This document shows, piece after piece, positions 39,231-48,757 of a stretch of 64,000 bases of DNA. The stretch spans positions 81,614 through 145,613 of the forward strand of contig JALOTZ010000003.1 in the NCBI GenBank assembly GCA_025457615.1, read 5' to 3'. Every line of letters starts with the position of its first letter. Position 1 is the first letter of the stretch. A program made the position numbers and the translations under genes. The notes beneath the pieces are model-generated. The model saw only the letters and a program-made list of their open reading frames with translations, did not search any database and had not been told where the DNA came from. Origin of the DNA: Verrucomicrobiota bacterium. GTDB taxonomy: Bacteria; Verrucomicrobiota; Verrucomicrobiia; Limisphaerales; DSYF01.

Positions 39231-39885
39231 ACCAACCTCGCCGGATCGGCCCATACTCCCGGCCATCCTCAGCCGCCCGCCGCTCTTCCATCCGGGCCTC
39301 GAATTGCTGGCGCCCCGCCGTGCTGTCCCTGGGGATCCCGTGTTCACCCAAGACGCGGCTGACCTGCAACCAACCGAACCGCTTGGACGGTGGTTTAAGG
39401 TACTGGGGGTAACTGCTCCATCCAAACGCCCGCAATGGTTCCCGCGGCTGGAGCAGGTTGGCCCGCGTCGGATTCAGGTGCACGTAATCGCACACGGTCT
39501 TGAGATACCCCCCACCCGAACCGTCCACCGCCAACGCTTTGTAGCGGCCACTGAAGAGATGGCCAAACAGCTTGTGCCGTCGATTGAACCGGGCGGTGTA
39601 GGTGCCCAGAAACCATTTCATTCCCGCCACCAGATTGCCTCGGGGTGTTTCCACCACCAGATGAAAATGGTTGGTCATCAGGCAAAAGGCATGAATCCGC
39701 CAACCGGTCTTTTCACAACATTCCCCCAAGGTCGCCAGAAACAACTCCCGATCCGCATCCCCCTTGAAAATGGGCTCTCGCCGATCTCCGCGGTTCATCA
39801 CGTGGTAAACAGCACCCGGGTACTGGACTCGCAACTTCCTTGGCATTTCGTCCAGGGATCTATCCCACAGGGCACATCGTGTCAA
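39231..39885 (-). pseudogene. N-terminal (catalytic) part of the Y1 HUH transposase-like gene split by the IS
   Basis: AVYHVMNRG, the HUH motif NHFHLVV, and the catalytic Tyr context GHLFSGRYKA. The reading frame ends in the IS inverted repeat. Confidence 0.75.
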
Positions 39886-39977
39886 CCTTTAGGACTGACC
39901 CGTTTGGACCCGTTTGTGCGTTTGCGTTTGTCTGGACTGCGCCGCGGGGTGGAATGGAAAGCGCGGCGGCGGGAACG

Positions 39978-40943
39978 TCAGCGTTGGGAGGGCTGCCTTG
40001 CTCCCCAGTGGGTCCGGACATGCTGCACGCCCGCACGGATTTCCTCGAGGGTCAGGCGCGGGCTGAACTCGAACACCTTGAGGACCTCCGGTTTGACGAA
40101 AGCCCCCAGGCTCTCAAAATCCACCGTGCCCGATCCGGGCGCGCGATGGTCGCGGGCCGGAAACACCACGTCATGGATGTGCAAGCCTCCCAACCGGTCC
40201 TGCATCGACTCCAACTGCCGGGCGTGGGAAATGAACCCGAGGTGCTCCTTGATCTGGGCATGGCCGAAATCGTGCCAGTAAACCACGGTCGGCGGGGCGA
40301 ACTTTTCGAACAGCGCGGGAAAATCGGCGTCAAAGGGCAGCTCCTCGAGGGCTTCGCGGTTCTCGACCCCCAGCCGTAGCCCCCGTTTCTGCGCCTCCGG
40401 GACCAGCCGTTCGAGGAACTGGAGCGACCGCTCCCAATAACCTTCCTTCTTCGACTCGCGCTTCTCATCGGCTTCCGCGCAGAGCCGCTGGTATTTCGGC
40501 TCGTTCTGCTGGCCGTGCTCGATCAGGTCGAGGAGCTTGTCGGTGTAGGACTTCATCTCGACGCTTCCCAGGTGCAGCACCACGACGGGAGCCTGCAGGC
40601 GCTCGGCCAGTTCGAGGGTCTTGAGAGTGTGCTTCCAGCAGAACTCGACTTCGCGGCGAGAGGGGCAGGAGCACTGGTAGAGGTTCGGGGAGGGCCGGTC
40701 CACGCCCAAGGGCAAAGGGCAGAAGTTGTGCAGGCTCGAGATGCGCATCTCGCCGGCCCCGACGGCCTGGACGATGCCGGGGACCAGGCTGACGCGGATG
40801 CCGTGGCTCAGTTCGGCATATTCGAAGCCCAAACCCCGGATCTCGCCCAGCAGGGCGCGCCCGTCCGTGTGCCGGTGGGCATTCCAACAGGTGGACAACG
40901 AATACATCGCTGCAGCATGTTCATACCGCGAGAAGGGAGGCAA
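39978..40943 (-). CDS. Sugar phosphate isomerase/epimerase (xylose isomerase-like TIM barrel)
   Basis: 321 aa: GFEYAELSH, VVLHLG, ENRE, WHDFGHA. An alternative start (MYSLST) lies at 40907. Confidence 0.75.
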   Translation of the reverse strand: MPPFSRYEHAAAMYSLSTCWNAHRHTDGRALLGEIRGLGFEYAELSHGIRVSLVPGIVQAVGAGEMRISSLHNFCPLPLGVDRPSPNLYQCSCPSRREVEFCWKHTLKTLELAERLQAPVVVLHLGSVEMKSYTDKLLDLIEHGQQNEPKYQRLCAEADEKRESKKEGYWERSLQFLERLVPEAQKRGLRLGVENREALEELPFDADFPALFEKFAPPTVVYWHDFGHAQIKEHLGFISHARQLESMQDRLGGLHIHDVVFPARDHRAPGSGTVDFESLGAFVKPEVLKVFEFSPRLTLEEIRAGVQHVRTHWGARQPSQR

Positions 40944-41041
40944 CGAGAAAGGATTTCACGGCGCGCCCGGTCCTGGCTTTTTCCATTGCGGGGACTGGCG
41001 CAGGGTCATAGGCTGCCTCCGCATTCCGCAGAAAGGATTCT

Positions 41042-43108
41042 ATGTATTTCGGTGTGGACTATCATCCGGAACAGTGGGTGTATCCGTACGCCGGCACCCC
41101 CGAGAAGCCCGAGCTCCAGTGGGAAAAGGACATCGAGATGATGCTCAAGGCGGGCATCAACGTGGTGCGGGTGGGCGAGTTCGTCTGGGGCCTGTGCGAA
41201 CCGCAGGAGGGTCGCTACGATTTCAGCTGGCTGCAACGCCTGCTCGACCTCATGGGCCAGGCGGGCATCCAGGTGGTCCTCTGCACCCCCACCGCCGCAC
41301 CCCCCGTCTGGCTGGCCCGGGCCCACCCGGAAATCCTGCCGACCGACCAGCGCGGCCTGGTCCTGCGCGAAGGCACCCGGCGCGCCGTCTGCCTGAACAG
41401 CGACGTGTTCTGGGATTACTCGAAGCGGATTGTGGAGAAGCTGGCCAAAACCGTGGGCCGGCACGAGCAGGTGATTGCCTGGCAGATTGACAACGGGTTG
41501 GGCGGACATTTTACCGAGGAAACCTTCAACGAAGACACCCGCCGGGACTGGCATCTCTGGCTCGAAGCCAAGTACGAAACCGTCGCCAAGCTCAACGAAC
41601 TCATGGGGCTGCGGCATTGGGGACAGCTGGTCAACAGTTGGAGCGAGGTCCCCATGCCCATGCAGGCGCCCACCGTGCACAACCCGGCCCTGCTGCTGGA
41701 TTGGCGGCGCTTCTCCAGCGACACCATCGTGCAATATGTCCGCATGCAGGCGGACCTCCTGCGTCAGCTCACGCCGGACACCCCCCTCACCACCAACCTG
41801 CGGCCGTTGCTCCATCGCTTCGACCACTTCGACCTGGCCGAAGTGCTCGACTTCGTGTCCATCGAGAGCACCGCCGCCATCAAGGCCCGGTCCTCGGAAC
41901 TGGCCTGTGAGATCGACATGCTCCGGTCGCTCAAGAAGACCGGCATCAAGGCGCCGGGGGGCGGACAGGGATTCTGGGTCATGGAACAGAAGGCGGGGAA
42001 CGTGAACTGGCAGGAGGTCAACTCGCTGGTGCGCCCCGGGGTGCTGCGCATGTTCACCTACCAACTGGTTTCGCGCGGGGCCGATGCGGTGCTTTACTTC
42101 CGCTGGCGCCAGCCGCGGTTCGGCAGCGAGCAATACCACGGCGCCGTGCTGCCGCATGCCGCCCACGAGAATGGCCGCGTGTACAACGAGATCAGCCAGA
42201 TTGGCGAGGAACTGAAGCTCCTGGCGCCCGCGCTCAAGGACACCCGCGTCAAACCCGAGGTGTGCATCCTGTTCTCCCACGAGAACGAGTGGTCCCTGCA
42301 ATACCCGCTCCAGCCGAACAAGCATTTCCGGCTGCGGGAGCACATCCAGTTGTTCTACAACGCGCTGCATGACCGCAACATCATGGTGGATTTCGCCCGC
42401 CCGACCGAAGATCTCTCGGCTTACCGCCTGGTGATTGCCCCTTCCCTGCACCTGCTGTCTGCCGGCGAAGCGGACCGTTTGAAGCTGTACGTCCAGAACG
42501 GCGGCACCCTCATCAGCACGTTCAACACGGGCCTGGTGGACGCCTACCACATGGCACCGGTGACCGGGTATCCGAACAATCTCACCGACCTGTTCGGACT
42601 GGAGGTGCTGGAGTTCGACACGCTGCCGCCCGGGGAGGAGAATCACATCACGTTCAAGGGCTCCTTCCCCACCACCCACCTGCATCCGGCGCGGGTCTGG
42701 TGCGATATCATCGAACCCAAGGAATGCCAGGTGCTGGCCACTTACGCGAAGGACTTTTACACCGGACGCCCGGCGATGACCATGAACAGCTTCGGCTTGG
42801 GCAAGGCGATCTACATTGGCACCCAGAGTCACCAGCACTTCTACTTCGACCTGGTCACCTGGATCCGGCAGATGTGCGCGCTGCACCCGTTGCTCAAGGT
42901 GCCGGAGAACATCGAGGTGTCCATGCGCCAGAAGGAGGGTGCGAACCTGCACTTCCTCCTCAACCACCAGGCTTCCGCCATCCGGCTCCAGTTCTACAAG
43001 CCCATGCACGATTTCCTCACCGGCACCAACGTCATGGGCAGCCACGAACTGGCCGGACACGGCCTGCTCGTGCTGGACGAGCACCCGGAAGCCAAGCAGA
43101 TGGAGTAA
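41042..43108 (+). CDS. Beta-galactosidase, GH42
   Basis: 688 aa: MYFGVDYHPEQW, WQIDNG. The trimerisation and C-terminal domains are in the usual order. Confidence 0.9.
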   Translation: MYFGVDYHPEQWVYPYAGTPEKPELQWEKDIEMMLKAGINVVRVGEFVWGLCEPQEGRYDFSWLQRLLDLMGQAGIQVVLCTPTAAPPVWLARAHPEILPTDQRGLVLREGTRRAVCLNSDVFWDYSKRIVEKLAKTVGRHEQVIAWQIDNGLGGHFTEETFNEDTRRDWHLWLEAKYETVAKLNELMGLRHWGQLVNSWSEVPMPMQAPTVHNPALLLDWRRFSSDTIVQYVRMQADLLRQLTPDTPLTTNLRPLLHRFDHFDLAEVLDFVSIESTAAIKARSSELACEIDMLRSLKKTGIKAPGGGQGFWVMEQKAGNVNWQEVNSLVRPGVLRMFTYQLVSRGADAVLYFRWRQPRFGSEQYHGAVLPHAAHENGRVYNEISQIGEELKLLAPALKDTRVKPEVCILFSHENEWSLQYPLQPNKHFRLREHIQLFYNALHDRNIMVDFARPTEDLSAYRLVIAPSLHLLSAGEADRLKLYVQNGGTLISTFNTGLVDAYHMAPVTGYPNNLTDLFGLEVLEFDTLPPGEENHITFKGSFPTTHLHPARVWCDIIEPKECQVLATYAKDFYTGRPAMTMNSFGLGKAIYIGTQSHQHFYFDLVTWIRQMCALHPLLKVPENIEVSMRQKEGANLHFLLNHQASAIRLQFYKPMHDFLTGTNVMGSHELAGHGLLVLDEHPEAKQME

Positions 43109-43123
43109 GCCGACCGCCGCCTC

Positions 43124-43528
43124 ATGGCCCCTTCGTTCCCGCGGCGATACGCCTACCGGCCCCGTGCCACCGCACGCGACCGGGCCTTGGCGGAGTGGCG
43201 GGGCATCGACCTCGCCCCGCTGGAAAAGGCCGCCGCCCGCAGCGCCCGGCCAGTCGGTGACATCCTGCCCAAGGTGCTCACCGGACTGCGCATGGAGCGG
43301 CGCCAGGCGGAAGCGGAAATCGTCAAGGTCTGGAACGGCGCCATGGACCCGAACGTCGCCGCCCACGCCCAACCCACCGGCCTGCGGAACGGAACCTTGT
43401 TCGTCACCGTGGACAGCAACGTCTGGCTGGCGGAAATCGTGCGTTACCGGCGCAAGGAGATCCTGGACCGGCTCCGGCACAGTTTCGGACCCCAGATGGT
43501 GCAGCGCGTCTCCTACCGCGTCGGCTGA
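43124..43528 (+). CDS. DUF721 (DciA-like) protein
   Basis: 134 aa: VKVWNGAMDPNVAAHAQPTGLRNGTLFVTVDSNVWLAEI. Confidence 0.65.
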   Translation: MAPSFPRRYAYRPRATARDRALAEWRGIDLAPLEKAAARSARPVGDILPKVLTGLRMERRQAEAEIVKVWNGAMDPNVAAHAQPTGLRNGTLFVTVDSNVWLAEIVRYRRKEILDRLRHSFGPQMVQRVSYRVG

Positions 43529-43711
43529 GGCCCTCCCGTCAGCAGGACGATGAACGCAGGGGCGCGGAGGCGCGAGTTCGCAAGGGTCCAGAAAGCTCGA
43601 CTGACCTTTCGGAGCGAAGCCGCCTGGCAAGGGCTGCCTCCCCGCACTGCGCCCCGGCCTCCCCGCGCCCCGGCGTTGTATCCCAACCAACCCCTTGCGC
43701 TGAAGTCCTGC

Positions 43712-44593
43712 TCAAGGTTCCAAGAGTGTTTGGAATCCTTCCCGGAACGTCGGGAACTTCAGTCGGCAACCCAGTTCATCCCTGAGCTTCCGGTTCGAGA
43801 TCCGCTTGTCCGTGACCCCGCGCTTGCGCGCCAACGGGTCCGGTGGAACGGCCTCGGGCAGCGGTCGGCCCAGACGTCCGGCCAGCCAGCCCAACAGATC
43901 CTTCTGCGCCACGGGTTCGTCATCCACCACGTTATACACCTCGCCAACCGCTCCCCGCTCCAATGCCGCCACCAGGGCACCCACCACGTCGTCCCGATGG
44001 ATCATGTTCAGGAACCGACGTCCGTCGCCCTCCAGCCGTGCCTGGCCGGACAGGAACTGTTTCAGCCAATAGCCCCGGCCCGGCCCGTAAATCCCGGCCA
44101 GTCGCAGGATGATGGCCGGGAAACCAGAAGCCCGATGCGTCTCCAACAGGAACCGTTCGACTTCGAGAAGGATCCGTCCGGTCTCCGCCGCCGGCTCGGT
44201 GGCGCTGGCCTCCGTCACCCACGATCCGTCGTTCTGACCATAGACGCTGGTGCTGCTGGTGTACACATACCGGGCCGCCCCGGTTCCCGAGTCTGGTGAT
44301 GCCCCCAGTCGCGACACCAGGTGGCGCGTGCCGTCGAGGTAGATCCGACGATACTCCTCCGCGCCCCCGCCTCCGGCCGCCGTGCAATTGACCACCCAAT
44401 CGAACGGACCCGGCAACCGCTCCAGACTGCCCGGCTCCGTGAGGTCGGCCCAGACCGGCTCGAGGCCCGCCTGCCGGAGTTCGGCCTCGGACGAGCGATT
44501 CCGGCGCAGGCCGAACACGGTGTGCCCGGTTTGGGCGAGCACCCGGCCCAGCGGCAGCCCCACATATCCGCAGCCGACAATCAACACGCGCAT
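43712..44593 (-). CDS. NAD-dependent epimerase/dehydratase (SDR family)
   Basis: Start MRVLIVGCGYVGLPLG at 44593, inside ORF 43712..44755. Confidence 0.8.
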   Translation of the reverse strand: MRVLIVGCGYVGLPLGRVLAQTGHTVFGLRRNRSSEAELRQAGLEPVWADLTEPGSLERLPGPFDWVVNCTAAGGGGAEEYRRIYLDGTRHLVSRLGASPDSGTGAARYVYTSSTSVYGQNDGSWVTEASATEPAAETGRILLEVERFLLETHRASGFPAIILRLAGIYGPGRGYWLKQFLSGQARLEGDGRRFLNMIHRDDVVGALVAALERGAVGEVYNVVDDEPVAQKDLLGWLAGRLGRPLPEAVPPDPLARKRGVTDKRISNRKLRDELGCRLKFPTFREGFQTLLEP

Positions 44594-44673
44594 GCGCCAC
44601 CATAGTCCCGGCACCGCATCGCCTGCAAAGATGTCTTTCGCGAAAATCGCGCCCCCTGCTATCGTCGCAGGCA

Positions 44674-47340
44674 GTGGCGACCGATCTCGAATCTGGAATC
44701 CAAGCGGCCCCCGACGCACCCGCGGCTGTCGGCGGAGCCCCTGACGTCGCGCCACCCGAGTTGCTGTCGCCTGCCGGCGATTGGGAATGCGCCCGGGCGG
44801 CGGTCGAGAACGGGGCGGACGCCATTTACTTCGGGCTCGACCGTTTCAACGCGCGGATGCGGGCCAACAACTTCACCGAGGCTGACCTGCCGCCGTTGAT
44901 GAAGTTCCTGCACCGGCGAGGCGTACGCGGCTACGTCACGCTGAACACCCTGGTCTTCGAGGACGAACTCGAGGGCGCCGAACAATATCTGCGCAGCATG
45001 ATCGCGGCCGGCGTGGACGCCGTGATTGTGCAGGATGTCGGCCTCTGCCGGTTGATCCGCCAGCTCTCGCCGGATTTCCCCATCCACGCCTCCACCCAGA
45101 TGACCATCACCAGCGCAGCGGGGGTCGAGTTCGCACGCGACCTCGGCTGCCAGCTCGTGGTGCTGGCCCGGGAACTTTCCATCCAGGACATCGGCCGCAT
45201 CCAATCCGCCTTCCACGCTCCGGACTCCGCGCCCCGCGCTCCTGGTTCCCCGCTGCCTCTGGAGGTGTTCGTGCACGGCGCGCTCTGTGTCGCCTATTCC
45301 GGTCAATGCCTGACGAGTGAATCCCTCGGCGGCCGGTCCGCCAACCGCGGCGAATGCGCCCAGGCCTGTCGCATGCCCTACGAACTGATCGCCGATGGAC
45401 ACCTGGTGCCGCTGGGTGACCGCCGTTACCTGCTCAGCCCGCAGGACCTGGCCGGACTCGAGGTGCTGCCGGACCTGGCGCGCGTCGGGGTGGCGTCCCT
45501 CAAGATCGAAGGCCGGCTCAAGAGCCCCGAATACGTGGCCAACATCACCCGCATCTACCGTCAGGCCCTCGATGGACTCGGAACGGCCAGTGCAGAGCGG
45601 GGAACGGGGAACGGGGAACGCGGAATTCCATCGGAAACCTCCACTCCGCGTTCCCCGCTCCCCGTTCCGCGTTACGAGATGGAGATGGCCTTCAGTCGCG
45701 GCCTGTACACCGGCTGGTTTGGCGGCGTCAACAATCAGGAACTGGTGCATGCGCGCTTTGGCAAGAAGCGCGGCGTGTACCTCGGCGAGGTCACCGCCGT
45801 GGGCCGCGACCGGGTCTCAGTCCGGCTCGAAGGTCCGCTGAAGCCCGGGGACGGCGTGGTGTTCGACGCGGGCCGCCCGGAGGAACCGGAGGAAGGCGGG
45901 AGGGTTTATGAAGTCCGACGTCCGACGTCCGACGTCCGAAGCGGGGAGTCGGTGCTCACCTTTGCGAACAACGCCATCGACTTCTCGCGTGTGCGGGCGG
46001 GGGATCGGTTGTGGAAGACCAGCGACCCGGCGTTGGAACGGCGATGGCGACAAAGTTTCGAGGGCGATCGCCCGAGGTTTCAACGCCCGCTCGCGATGGC
46101 GGTGCACGGACTGGCTGGTCAACCCCTGACGCTCATCGCCCGGGATGAACTGGGTCACGTGGCGCGGACGCAGTCGTCCATGCCACTGTCGCCAGCCGAC
46201 AAGCAGGCCCTGGCCACTGACCGGTTGCGGGACCAGTTGGGCCGGCTGGGCGGGACCCCCTTCCGGCTGGGTGAGTTGACCAATCATCTCGAGGGCAATC
46301 TCATCCTGCCCGTCAGCGAACTGAACCGGCTGCGACGGGAAGTGGTGTCGCAACTGGAACAACAGCGAGCGCAACCCAAACGCTGGACCTTGGACAAGCC
46401 GGTGGCGCCTTCCGCCCGCGCAACCGCCTCGTCGGTCAGCCCCGCCGCCGCTGCGGAACTCAGCATCCTGGTCCGCAACCTGGCGCAGCTCGAGCGCGCG
46501 CTGCGCTGCGGCGCGCAGATCGTCTATTGCGATTTCGAGAACCCCAAGAAATACCGCGATGCCGTCGCCACCTTCCGCGCCTGGCAACTCGCGACCCAGG
46601 GCTGCGGCGAGCCGCGGGCCGATGACGCGCTCCCCGTTCCGCCGTCCGCGCTCTACGTCGCCCCACCGCGCATCTTCAAGCCGGGCGAGGACTGGCAATT
46701 GGAGCAGGTGCGGTCCTGCCAGGCCGACGGCTATCTCGTGCGCAACTATGATCACCTGCGGTTTTTCTCGGGCGAAAGGTGTATCGGCGACTTCTCGTTG
46801 AACGTGGCCAACCATCTCAGCGCCGCCTGGTTTATCGAGCGGTTTGGCCTCGAACGACTGACCGCCAGTTACGACCTGAACGTCCAGCAGTTGGAAGCCC
46901 TGCTGCGGGGCGCTCCGCCGGAACGGTTCGAGATCACCCTCCACCAGCACATGCCCATGTTTCACATGGAACATTGCGTCTTCTGCGCGTTCCTCTCGAA
47001 GGGCAAGGACTATCGCGACTGCGGACGTCCATGCGACACCCGCGAGGTGAAGCTGCGGGACCGCGTGGGCGCCGAGCATCCGGTCAAGGCGGACGTCGGT
47101 TGCCGCAACACCGTGTTCAATGCCCGGGCCCAAACGGGGGCGGAGTATCTGGACCGGATGCTCGCGCTGGGGGCGCGCCACTTCCGCATCGAGTTCCTCA
47201 ATGAAACGCCCGAAGAGGTGGAACGGACGATTGCCATGTACCGCCGCCTGCTGCGGGGTGAAGTCACCGGCGCCCAACTGTGGAAGGAGCTGAGACTGTT
47301 CAACCAGTTGGGGGTGACCCGGGGAACGGTGAAGGGCTGA
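44674..47340 (+). CDS. Peptidase U32 family protein (long form with DUF3656-like region) carrying two repeat-encoded inserts
   Basis: 888 aa: PELLSPAGDWECARAAVENGADAIYFG, EVFVHGALCVAYSGQC, and a second U32-like region at the C-terminus. The start is a GTG. Confidence 0.85.
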   Translation: MATDLESGIQAAPDAPAAVGGAPDVAPPELLSPAGDWECARAAVENGADAIYFGLDRFNARMRANNFTEADLPPLMKFLHRRGVRGYVTLNTLVFEDELEGAEQYLRSMIAAGVDAVIVQDVGLCRLIRQLSPDFPIHASTQMTITSAAGVEFARDLGCQLVVLARELSIQDIGRIQSAFHAPDSAPRAPGSPLPLEVFVHGALCVAYSGQCLTSESLGGRSANRGECAQACRMPYELIADGHLVPLGDRRYLLSPQDLAGLEVLPDLARVGVASLKIEGRLKSPEYVANITRIYRQALDGLGTASAERGTGNGERGIPSETSTPRSPLPVPRYEMEMAFSRGLYTGWFGGVNNQELVHARFGKKRGVYLGEVTAVGRDRVSVRLEGPLKPGDGVVFDAGRPEEPEEGGRVYEVRRPTSDVRSGESVLTFANNAIDFSRVRAGDRLWKTSDPALERRWRQSFEGDRPRFQRPLAMAVHGLAGQPLTLIARDELGHVARTQSSMPLSPADKQALATDRLRDQLGRLGGTPFRLGELTNHLEGNLILPVSELNRLRREVVSQLEQQRAQPKRWTLDKPVAPSARATASSVSPAAAAELSILVRNLAQLERALRCGAQIVYCDFENPKKYRDAVATFRAWQLATQGCGEPRADDALPVPPSALYVAPPRIFKPGEDWQLEQVRSCQADGYLVRNYDHLRFFSGERCIGDFSLNVANHLSAAWFIERFGLERLTASYDLNVQQLEALLRGAPPERFEITLHQHMPMFHMEHCVFCAFLSKGKDYRDCGRPCDTREVKLRDRVGAEHPVKADVGCRNTVFNARAQTGAEYLDRMLALGARHFRIEFLNETPEEVERTIAMYRRLLRGEVTGAQLWKELRLFNQLGVTRGTVKG
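45597..45673. repeat. Heptamer-array hairpin inside the U32 coding sequence
   Basis: (GGGGAAC)x3 at 45599-45619 faces GTTCCCC-type x3 at 45650-45670 across a 20-nt loop. It encodes ERGTGNGERGIPSETSTPRSPLPVPR. Confidence 0.9.
45913..45940. repeat. (GTCCGAC)x3 plus GTCCGAA tandem heptamer array inside the U32 coding sequence
   Basis: Read directly from the sequence. It encodes VRRPTSDVRS. The unit is a one-base variant of the GTCCGAA/CGAAGTC unit at 2694-2727. Confidence 0.9.
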
Positions 47341-47577
47341 AGCCGGCACGGCGAAAGCCGGGAAGCGGATCGGGCGGTGGGTATCACGTGAGGCATCAAG
47401 GCCACTGCGGGGGAACCCTGTCTCATTCACGCCCCATTGTGCCTCCCCATGAACCGGTGGGAAGGTAGGCCGTGAATCGTGGCATTTGATTGATCCTTGC
47501 TCGTTGCTGTGACTGCTGTCGTCGGCGTTGGTGCTTTCGAGAAGCCGATTCTTCAGCGTCAAAACGGCACTTGAGAA

Positions 47578-47702
47578 ACCACAAAGATCACAAAGGTCAC
47601 AAGGAAAAGGGCTTGGGCGATGTCAACACCCCCGCCAACGGATGAATGAGTCTGCCTCCGTAAGCGATTGTCTTTCCTTGTGTTCTTTGCGTTCTGCGGC
47701 TT
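47578..47702. repeat. 9-mer-array imperfect inverted repeat in the convergent intergenic region
   Basis: ACCACAAAG ATCACAAAG GTCACAAGG (47578-47604) faces CCTTGTGTT CTTTGCGTT CTGCGGCTT (47676-47702). Complementarity is 7/9, 7/9 and 4/9 unit by unit. Confidence 0.7.
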
Positions 47703-47736
47703 TGCGCGGGAGGTCCGCCGGAACCCCCGCGTTTGG

Positions 47737-48570
47737 TCAGCTTCCTTGCCGCCCGCGAGTGGTGCGGTCGGGTCCCGGGATGGGCGCCGGCGCGCGGAGC
47801 TTCAGATACAGCCAGTTTTCCAGCGGACGCAGCGGCGCCATCCACCGGTAGCACGGCGAGTAAACCAGCCGGATGCGAAGGGCGGACAAGAACATCGTCA
47901 GCGAGGTGCGGAAGAAATGGACCTTCGATCCCGCCTTGTCAGTCCATTCGGTCGGGACTTCAAGCACACGATAACCGGCGTGCTTCAAAGAGTAGAGCAG
48001 GTTGATGTCGAAGGCCATGTCGGCAATGCGCAGCTTCGGGTGGATTTGCTCGACGGCGGCGGATTTGACCACTTTGGCGCCGCACTGCGTGTCGCGGATG
48101 CTCATCCAGAACAGGCATTGCACGATCAGGTGAAACACCCGGCTGGCGAACCGTCGCCGGCCCGTCTGCAGATTGTGAATCACCGCCCCCGGCAGCCAGC
48201 GCGAGCCGATCACCGCATCCGCCTCGCCCAACCGTTCCACCAGCGCCTGAAACGCCGCCGGAGCCGTTGCTCCGTCCGCATCCACAAACCCGATGGCCTC
48301 GGCCTGAGCGGCAAGCTTGAAGCCCTCGATGAGCGCGCCCCCTTTGCCGATGGGCGCCTGGAAGTCGAGCCAACGGATGCAGGGGTACTCCTGCGCCAGG
48401 CGTTGGACCACGCCCAGGGTGTTGTCCCGACAGCCGTTGAGGACCACCACGAGCTGGAAGCGGCCCCCGTAGCGGGGAGAGAAGAACGCCGCGTAATCGC
48501 GAAGCACCGGTTCGATGCGGTGCTCCTCGTTGTAGGCGGGGATCAGCAACAACAAGCTGCGCGGCGTCAC
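47737..48570 (-). CDS. Family-2 glycosyltransferase (polyprenyl-phosphate glycosyltransferase-like)
   Basis: 277 aa: LLLIPAYNEE, VDADG, and a C-terminal amphipathic/TM tail. Confidence 0.8.
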   Translation of the reverse strand: MTPRSLLLLIPAYNEEHRIEPVLRDYAAFFSPRYGGRFQLVVVLNGCRDNTLGVVQRLAQEYPCIRWLDFQAPIGKGGALIEGFKLAAQAEAIGFVDADGATAPAAFQALVERLGEADAVIGSRWLPGAVIHNLQTGRRRFASRVFHLIVQCLFWMSIRDTQCGAKVVKSAAVEQIHPKLRIADMAFDINLLYSLKHAGYRVLEVPTEWTDKAGSKVHFFRTSLTMFLSALRIRLVYSPCYRWMAPLRPLENWLYLKLRAPAPIPGPDRTTRGRQGS

Positions 48571-48757
48571 GGGGAAAGATTAGCCACGCGGACGCGGGAA
48601 TGTCGAACGCTGCGTTATCCTTGGAGCCCTTCCCTGCTGGCCGCCCCGGGGTCATGATGCCCGCCGCCCAAGTGCAGCGCCTGGATCCACCAAGGCCACC
48701 GTCCGGGGTCAACGGCTCGTATTGTCCCTCCTCGATGCCCTGGCAGGAGCTGCCGGC

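Noticed and set aside
39886-39977. CGTTTG direct repeats upstream of the Y1 transposase-like gene as a regulatory or origin-like site
   Set aside because: The repeats are short and degenerate, and I saw no second occurrence in the window to support a function.
47440-47562. Small ORF or peptide gene in the AT-richer part of the convergent spacer
   Set aside because: It has only a TTG start, no ribosome-binding site and no recognisable motif. It merges into the antisense shadow ORF of the U32 gene.
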